Source of the DNA: an uncultured virus (IMG/VR IMGVR_UViG_3300009180_000025)
Lineage: Duplodnaviria > Heunggongvirae > Uroviricota > Caudoviricetes
DNA: 61,519 bases
IMG/VR virus record: IMGVR_UViG_3300009180_000025
Strand: one strand, 5' to 3'
Shown here: one piece after another, positions 55,598 through 61,519 of the stretch
How positions within the stretch are numbered: the stretch's first letter is position 1
How the letters are laid out: the number at the start of each line of letters is the position of its first letter
Notes under the pieces: model-generated
The model's input: only the letters and a program-made list of their open reading frames with translations
Database searches by the model: none
What the model was told of the DNA's origin: nothing
Translations under genes and position numbers: made by a program

Positions 55598-56092
55598 TTA
55601 GTATCCTATTGCCTGCCAGAATACATTAGTTGATATAGTGTTTGCGGTTCTAATTGCAGCAAAAGTGCTGTTTTGACTTATTACTGCCGCCTGGTATGTT
55701 GTGACAGCTGAATTGCTTGTTGCTGTTACAACGTATACGTTTGTTGTATATGCAGATGAGAATATAACATTGCCGGCTGTTGCATTGGCTGAAACCCATC
55801 CCCAATTTATCTTGAATCCATTTGGAAGATATGTGAACCCATTAGCAGAATTTGTTGATGATCCAAGATTCAAAGTATTAGTTGAAAATGTAACTGTATT
55901 TGTAAAAGTAACTGTATTAGCAAATGTTACTGTATTAGAAAACTTTGTGTTAGAAACGACATTCGCAAAGAAGTTACCATAAGTAATCTTTTTAGTGATG
56001 GGTGAACCAGTTGGGTCAGACACAATTGGTATCAAGTCACCATTCGCTATTGTAGTAGCGGCAGTGAGTTCTGAGATCTTAGTGTCTGTCAT
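55598..56092 (-). CDS. Short fibre protein
   Basis: KISELTAA N-terminus, (xNTVTF) repeats and an NGFTYLPNGFKINWG...WQAIGY tip domain. Confidence 0.7.
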   Translation of the reverse strand: MTDTKISELTAATTIANGDLIPIVSDPTGSPITKKITYGNFFANVVSNTKFSNTVTFANTVTFTNTVTFSTNTLNLGSSTNSANGFTYLPNGFKINWGWVSANATAGNVIFSSAYTTNVYVVTATSNSAVTTYQAAVISQNSTFAAIRTANTISTNVFWQAIGY

Positions 56093-56118
56093 AGTGGTTC
56101 ACCCTATATTATTACTTA

Positions 56119-57180
56119 TTATGCGTCAGGCATTACGTTGTCGTCATTAGCATCGCCAGCAATAGAGCCCATTGCTACAAGAGTCTCGTGCGTAATACGA
56201 CCTGCACGTCCGCCAGTACCAACGATACGTCTTACCCAACCAGCGTGATCTCCTTGATGGACACCCGAAAGCATTGGAGCAACAACTGCAGTTGTACCAG
56301 TAAGCGAATGGTTAGCTTGAGGACCAGTACCAACAGATGAAATGTTGATATAAGTACCCGTAATACCACCGAGATTATACAATTGAATAGCAGTCGAGTT
56401 GATTGTATATACATAGTAAGAAGTGTTATTTGTTAATCCACCAATCGCCGTATTACCGGCTTGAACGAGATACGTGATGATATCGCCGTTTGCTAAGAAT
56501 GCAGTATTTGTTGCACCAGTAACAATGTATCCGTTATCTAGTTTTTGCGTAGTAGAGCTCGATGTTGCGTTACCGAGAACAATTGCACCAGATGTAACGT
56601 TACCGTTGAAGTAAATGGGGCCAGGTGCGGCAACAGTCAAGGTTGGCGCGATTGTAAAACCAATTCCATTGTTCGTAAAGTTGATTGCTGCGATACGACC
56701 AGATGAGTTTGATTGGGCGTTACCAGTAGCAGCCACAGTATTACCAACACCACCAGTAAGAGTAAGAGTAGCATTAGACTGATAACCTGAACCATAACTA
56801 GTGAATACTACTTCGCGAATAGCGCCATTTGTTACGCTTGATTCAGTAGTATCCATACCATAAATGGTATTCGTAGTCCCAGATGAATATCCTTGGTTAT
56901 GATACCCGTCGTCAAGTAAACCATACTTTGGCTTTTCGCTAAGAACGTAAGCTGCGTTTGCTTGCGCCGTAACAGTTGCCGATTGTGATGGTCCAACTAC
57001 TTGCGCGGCTGTATTTGACGTGATCGATATGATCATATAGTCGTTGTTGGCCATAGAAATAAAATCGCCAACCCTCGCTTGAGTTTGAAATGTTGAAGAT
57101 GTGCCGTTCACGAAACCATTCGAACTAATGTTCGCGTAGCCCGAAGCGGTCTTAGAGTCGTTATTACCCCAGAGTGCCAT
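56119..57180 (-). CDS. Virion structural / decoration protein
   Basis: MALWGNND N-terminus and HAGWV..GRAGRITHETLVAM C-terminus, with G.GY repeats in between. Confidence 0.7.
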   Translation of the reverse strand: MALWGNNDSKTASGYANISSNGFVNGTSSTFQTQARVGDFISMANNDYMIISITSNTAAQVVGPSQSATVTAQANAAYVLSEKPKYGLLDDGYHNQGYSSGTTNTIYGMDTTESSVTNGAIREVVFTSYGSGYQSNATLTLTGGVGNTVAATGNAQSNSSGRIAAINFTNNGIGFTIAPTLTVAAPGPIYFNGNVTSGAIVLGNATSSSTTQKLDNGYIVTGATNTAFLANGDIITYLVQAGNTAIGGLTNNTSYYVYTINSTAIQLYNLGGITGTYINISSVGTGPQANHSLTGTTAVVAPMLSGVHQGDHAGWVRRIVGTGGRAGRITHETLVAMGSIAGDANDDNVMPDA

Positions 57181-57183
57181 GTT

Positions 57184-57339
57184 TTATTTTCCTTCTCCTA
57201 ATAGATCTCTAATATATGACGAAGACTTATAAGCTATGCTTTTGTCTTCTATGTTATTTGGCCTTATCATATCTTTATTTATAGATAGATTTTCTTTTAC
57301 TGGAGAATCAACTGGCTTAATAGGTTTTTTTATGATCAT
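57184..57339 (-). CDS. Small hypothetical protein (51 aa)
   Basis: Not in the ORF track. MIIKKPIKPVDSP...LLGEGK* fills the gap, with an ATGA overlap with dps. Confidence 0.45.
   Translation of the reverse strand: MIIKKPIKPVDSPVKENLSINKDMIRPNNIEDKSIAYKSSSYIRDLLGEGK
57276..57283 (-). promoter_or_regulatory. T4-type late promoter TATAAATA
   Basis: Exact match about 95 nt upstream of the structural gene starting at 57180. Confidence 0.65.
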
Positions 57340-57776
57340 TTCGAAGTTGCTCTAAGCATCCAGCCATGCTTCTTGTGTGCGTCAATGCGATCTTGAAGAT
57401 AATTAGCAAGACCCAATTCGCTATCGACTTCTGCCATTTTTTGAGCTTTAAACAATTCAACTATCAGAATGTCATTATCTTCGCTGAGCATCTTAATCAT
57501 AGGTAATGCTTGGGGAACTTCTACTTGATCGGCGATCTTTGAATCAGCAGCTAATCTTGAAAATGATCCAGGTGCATAACCCTTAATCGAGCGAATATGT
57601 TCCGCGATATTATCAACCGCTAATTGCGCGTCTTCGTAGATATTACCAAATAATTCGTGGAGTTGTGGAAAGAATGGTCCTTCTACGTTCCAGTGAAAGA
57701 AATGGGCCTTAAGGTAAAACGAGAAATTAGTCGCGTGAACGACTTTCATTTGATCTATGAGCATTAGCAGTTCCAC
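57336..57776 (-). CDS. dps: Dps / ferritin-like DNA protection protein
   Basis: HFFHWNVEGPFFPQLHELFGNIYE..VDNIAEHIR and HKKHGWML. Confidence 0.93.
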   Translation of the reverse strand: MELLMLIDQMKVVHATNFSFYLKAHFFHWNVEGPFFPQLHELFGNIYEDAQLAVDNIAEHIRSIKGYAPGSFSRLAADSKIADQVEVPQALPMIKMLSEDNDILIVELFKAQKMAEVDSELGLANYLQDRIDAHKKHGWMLRATSK

Positions 57777-58105
57777 TTTCTTAAAGCTTTATTGATTCTT
57801 GAATCGGGATCATTTGCAGTCTTAGCTGAAGTAAGACGTTTCTTCATTCCGCCCATACGCGCGCAGAAAGATTTACGACGATTTGCTGCTTTAGATCCCT
57901 TCTTTAATTTTGAAGGCTCTGTGGTAACGGCAGCTTGAAGGTTGCCACCAGTCTTACGATTATAGTAATCACGGCCCTTTTGAGTCAGACCACCAGTAGA
58001 ACTACGAAAGCCTTTTGAATCAATAGCAGCTTCTTCTATTGATTCTTTCATGCACTCGCAATCTTCACCGCAGCCTTCTTTTTTAAATTGCTTGAAAGTT
58101 TTCAT
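57764..58105 (-). CDS. Small basic putative internal head protein
   Basis: MKTFKQF..E capsid-targeting-like start, IEE processing-like site and RRKSFCARM..SRINKALRKWNC. Confidence 0.7.
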   Translation of the reverse strand: MKTFKQFKKEGCGEDCECMKESIEEAAIDSKGFRSSTGGLTQKGRDYYNRKTGGNLQAAVTTEPSKLKKGSKAANRRKSFCARMGGMKKRLTSAKTANDPDSRINKALRKWNC

Positions 58106-59502
58106 TTTTTATCGCCATACATCTTATTATAGAGTTTCGTGTATTTGCTTGGTTTAGTCTTTGTGGTTGCATCACCAGGCGCTGGTTCGTATGCTCGTGG
58201 ATCGCGATCTGACATTTTATCGGCACGTTTCCAATGAGCAACGCGCGCTGCTTTGGTTGAAGCGTTTAGTCCCGCGTGATATTTTGGGTTACTCGAAGAG
58301 TAGTTCTCTTCCATCTCGTGAAGGTCTTTATCTGCTCCGCCATATGTACCTTTACCCTTGGTGATGTAAGAATTCACCCTAGCCATGGCCCATTGCTGAG
58401 GTGTAGTTCCTGGCCTATGACCAGAGTTCCAAGCAGCCATTCCACGGTTATACACTTTGCGCAAAGTGCTCAGTGATATACCAGACTTCTTTGACTTTGC
58501 AGCTAAACCCGTGTCAGCTTCTTCATCAATCTCCATTGACTCTTGAGCACTTTTTAAATCTGCAGCACTGGGCGCGCCTTTTTCACCTGGCTTGCGCATG
58601 CGCTCTCCAGATCCGGCTTTGATTCTTTTGCGCTTTGCGTGGATGTTATCCCAGAGACTATTTCCTTCATCTAAGTTAAGAAGTGCTTCAATAGCTTCAA
58701 GTACTCTAACAGTATCATCTGTGTCGATGAATGTTTCGCCAAAAAGATTATCGATGCTTTCTTTCATTTTCTTTTTGCTTGCACTATTAATGTCGTTCAT
58801 CATTTCTTCAGCATGCTGATGAAGATCTGGATGAAGTCCAGATTTAAATCCGGCTATATTTCCATTCTTAGCGTATTCGCGCATCTTTGTTCCAGAAACT
58901 CCAGCTGTTCCTTGAGCATCCGGATCGCGTCCTATTGACTTAACCGTAATTGACTTAAAGTTATAAATTCCGTGTGGGCCTTCTTTACCATTATACTTAT
59001 TAAGAAGCTTCTCATATTCTCCGGCACGATCTGAACCAGCCACTACTACCAAATGATGTGCGTGGCGATTCAATTTAACTGCCGTATGAAATATGCTTGG
59101 TGCTTCTCTCGATGTTGCTGAAACGTGAGTTCCAGGTGAAGCCATCTTCTTAATGTAACCGACTTTCTTTGCAGTCGGAATAGGATTCTTTTCATCACCC
59201 TGTGAGTGAGAAGTAACTATGTGGGCAGAACCACCGACTTTTTTTGCTTCGTCTTCAACAGCTTTGATTATTAGTGCATGCCCTTTGTGTGGGGGTTGCG
59301 CCCTCATATTGAGGTTAGTCACCGCAGTGGTTTCAGTCTGTTCTACAACCGGATTGATGTTAATCGGATTAGGCTTTCCGCCACTAATCGTAACACCTTT
59401 CTTTTCGATGTCATCACTGACTTTTTTAGATGTAAGCTTCTTTCCGCTTTTTTTGTTATCGGGAATTTCAGCGTTATCAGTTGTGTTTTCAGTATCTGCC
59501 AT
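58102..59502 (-). CDS. Cytidylyltransferase-like (HxGH) domain plus small basic C-terminal modules
   Basis: QPPHKGH, VVAGSDR, RDPDA..SGTKMR, followed by three basic modules separated by acidic linkers. Confidence 0.8.
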   Translation of the reverse strand: MADTENTTDNAEIPDNKKSGKKLTSKKVSDDIEKKGVTISGGKPNPININPVVEQTETTAVTNLNMRAQPPHKGHALIIKAVEDEAKKVGGSAHIVTSHSQGDEKNPIPTAKKVGYIKKMASPGTHVSATSREAPSIFHTAVKLNRHAHHLVVVAGSDRAGEYEKLLNKYNGKEGPHGIYNFKSITVKSIGRDPDAQGTAGVSGTKMREYAKNGNIAGFKSGLHPDLHQHAEEMMNDINSASKKKMKESIDNLFGETFIDTDDTVRVLEAIEALLNLDEGNSLWDNIHAKRKRIKAGSGERMRKPGEKGAPSAADLKSAQESMEIDEEADTGLAAKSKKSGISLSTLRKVYNRGMAAWNSGHRPGTTPQQWAMARVNSYITKGKGTYGGADKDLHEMEENYSSSNPKYHAGLNASTKAARVAHWKRADKMSDRDPRAYEPAPGDATTKTKPSKYTKLYNKMYGDKK

Positions 59503-59521
59503 GTTACTCTCTTCTTTATTA

Positions 59522-59529
59522 TATTTATA
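59522..59529 (-). promoter_or_regulatory. T4-type late promoter TATAAATA
   Basis: Exact match about 20 nt upstream of the ATG at 59502. Confidence 0.8.
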
Positions 59530-59531
59530 TT

Positions 59532-59570
59532 CTATGGGTATGCTTGTGATCCATTAGCATAGTATACTAT
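59532..59570 (-). pseudogene. Stranded fibre C-terminus remnant (IVYYANGSQAYP*)
   Basis: Lies out of frame just after the stop of the fibre gene and is 29/33 nt identical to the 3' end of the fibre at 16403-16435. Confidence 0.8.
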
Positions 59571-59575
59571 ATTCC

Positions 59576-61519
59576 TTATACGAATGTGCCGGTTGAAGCA
59601 CTGATCTTCTTCACTGTGTAATACGAACCATTAGATGGTGTAGCAGTACCAGCACTCTGTGTTAGTTGAAACCTAAAGTTTGTTGCTGCGTTAGTAATAA
59701 CTTGAATGGTAAATTGGAATGCGTGGTTAACACCCGTTGTTAATGAACCGGTCGCAGCAAATGCAGTTGTAAGTGATGCCGCCGCTGAAGCAAATCCTGA
59801 AGTTATTGCACCTGCAGCAAGACCTGTAATTGGAGATCCTAGATATGTTGCTACTACAAGTGTAGGAGCAGAAGATGATGTTAAAGTCCATGTAGCAGTT
59901 CCGGCGGTAGTCTTCGCAAACATACAATATGCACGAATCTCATAAACAGATGATGCTTCCAAAGATATGGATGATGTTGCACCAAAGAAGTCAGCAATGG
60001 TTGGACCGATTGCAGTGAGGTTAGAAGGTAAGCGGAACGTTTGTTCACCAATGATAGCACCTTGGCCAGATGTAGCATTAAGTTGAGTTATGGCGCCAGC
60101 GGCGTCAATACGCATACGTTCGGTTCCACCACCAGCTGGGTTTGAACCTGTAGCAGCAGTACTAAATGTTAAATATGTTCCAGCTGCAGTTCCCGTATAA
60201 GTCTCAGCGGCCCAGATAGACATACCGCCATTAGGACCACTAAAACCACCAGTTACACCATACCCACCACCAAGGAATGACCCCAATCTATCGCCACTTT
60301 GAACTGCGGTTGGTGATGCTATATTTCCTCTTGCTCTATAATTTCTAAAGTTGGTTCCATCGCTGGTATTGTATTGATCATATCTCCAACCTGCATTATT
60401 TTCATCTGCAAGATGCATTTTGGCACTAGGCGAAGACGTCCCAACACCGAAATTCCCGTTAGCAACATGATATGCAGCAGTACCAATTGTTGCGGTATTA
60501 GTACTTAATAGCAGTGATACAGCGTTTACCAATGTGCTATTTGCTGTAAATGATGTTCCTACTGTATGCGATGCAGCATTAATAGTTCCAGTATGATATG
60601 CACCAATTGTGTTAGCAATCCATGGAACCGCAGTTGTATTAGATAACGTAATACTCGTAGCAGTTATTACAACATTAACGGTAGAGTTAGAGGGAACGGT
60701 AATATTGTTAACTGTTAATGTTGAAGTGGATTTATTAAATGTTAAATATGCATTAGTATTAATTGATCCAGAATCATTAAAGTATAATTCAGTATTACTG
60801 CCAGTAGGAGTCACTGAAGAACTTATACTTTGATAAGCAACTGATCCATTTGCGTAATAAATGGTAGCTGATACGCTATTGGCATAATATAGTGACGTAC
60901 CATTAGAAACTAATACTTGTCCTGAAGTACCAGTAGTTCCATTAGCAGATATATTAGCAACAGTTATTGTATTAGAAAATGTTATAGTATTAGAAAACGT
61001 ATATTGCGCGGTTGTATTCACACCAGCAGAAATAGTTGACCAATATATGTTACCAGTTCCATTAGATGTTAGAACCTGCCCCGCGGTTCCGCGTGAAGCA
61101 GTAGAATCAATAACATCAATGCCAGCGGCTAATACAAGGTTAGCTGCATGAGTTGTCTTGCCAGAAAAATAACTATTAGCGCCCGTAAAGTTTAAGTTAC
61201 CACTTAATGTTCTACTATCGGTGTTCTGAACATAGTTAGCTGCTGCAACATTTGCAAGATAAGATGCATTGTTAGCTGTGCCAGTGAATGATGTGCTATT
61301 AATTGTTGAAGTATTAGTGCTATTAGATGAGAAAATTAACTGTCCTGCAGTTACGTTTGCAAATACTGTGCTATTACCAATATAATGAGCTGTCGCATTT
61401 ATACCGGCATTGGCACCAACATATAGTGCTGTACTAAAATATTGATTAGCACCAGTAAAGTTTAAGTTGCCGCTTAATGTTCTACTATCTGTATTTTGAA
61501 CATATGAAGCAGCAGCAAC
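59576..61519 (-). CDS. Long fibre protein, C-terminal part (open to the window edge; paralog of 16403..19084)
   Basis: The frame stays open upstream of the tracked GTG at 61021 (VQNTDSRTLSGNL repeats). It also has GNFGVGTSSP and ERMRID fibre motifs and a C-terminal beta-sandwich-like tip. Confidence 0.85.
   Translation of the reverse strand, partial: VAAASYVQNTDSRTLSGNLNFTGANQYFSTALYVGANAGINATAHYIGNSTVFANVTAGQLIFSSNSTNTSTINSTSFTGTANNASYLANVAAANYVQNTDSRTLSGNLNFTGANSYFSGKTTHAANLVLAAGIDVIDSTASRGTAGQVLTSNGTGNIYWSTISAGVNTTAQYTFSNTITFSNTITVANISANGTTGTSGQVLVSNGTSLYYANSVSATIYYANGSVAYQSISSSVTPTGSNTELYFNDSGSINTNAYLTFNKSTSTLTVNNITVPSNSTVNVVITATSITLSNTTAVPWIANTIGAYHTGTINAASHTVGTSFTANSTLVNAVSLLLSTNTATIGTAAYHVANGNFGVGTSSPSAKMHLADENNAGWRYDQYNTSDGTNFRNYRARGNIASPTAVQSGDRLGSFLGGGYGVTGGFSGPNGGMSIWAAETYTGTAAGTYLTFSTAATGSNPAGGGTERMRIDAAGAITQLNATSGQGAIIGEQTFRLPSNLTAIGPTIADFFGATSSISLEASSVYEIRAYCMFAKTTAGTATWTLTSSSAPTLVVATYLGSPITGLAAGAITSGFASAAASLTTAFAATGSLTTGVNHAFQFTIQVITNAATNFRFQLTQSAGTATPSNGSYYTVKKISASTGTFV

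Noticed and set aside
59532..59564. Possible DGR template/variable repeat pair with 16403-16435, since three of four mismatches are at adenines of the orphan copy
   Set aside because: The match is only 33 nt, all changes are synonymous third positions, one mismatch is not at A, and no reverse transcriptase is in the window. A stranded coding remnant explains it better.
1..61519. Stop-codon reassignment (alternative genetic code)
   Set aside because: Core genes are full length in the standard code, and TAA, TGA and TAG all end genes at expected positions.

Overview
This window is about 61.5 kb of a large T4-like myophage genome, most likely infecting an alphaproteobacterium. The host inference rests on a permuted two-piece tmRNA with the tag ANDNFAPQAYALAA and on a B12-dependent class II ribonucleotide reductase. 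In order, the window holds: (1) a surface-modification cluster at 1-6.4 kb with four DxD-type glycosyltransferases, sulfotransferase-like proteins, a methyltransferase and two 2OG-Fe(II) oxygenases; (2) baseplate and fibre genes (VrlC-like, gp8, gp7, gp6, gp25, a split gp5, hub, gp53, gp48); (3) gp4, gp2, a tail-tube-family gene, gp26/gp51 and the tape measure; (4) gp32, gp59, gp33, a radical SAM gene, tmRNA, an exonuclease, phoH, rnh, early genes, a GT4, a holin-like gene, glutaredoxin, a RuvC-like gene, nrdJ and primase; (5) spanins, putative head-packaged polyproteins, Dps and a second fibre. The strongest unannotated signals are an apparent lambda G/GT-type -1 frameshift joining gp26 to gp51 just before the tape measure, heavy N-x-S/T sequon enrichment in virion fibres next to the glycosyltransferase cluster (possible virion N-glycosylation), a permuted tmRNA with a long cloverleaf-like intervening segment, and a stranded fibre C-terminus that marks a tip-module insertion. 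All protein assignments come from motif recognition by eye; no database searches were run.
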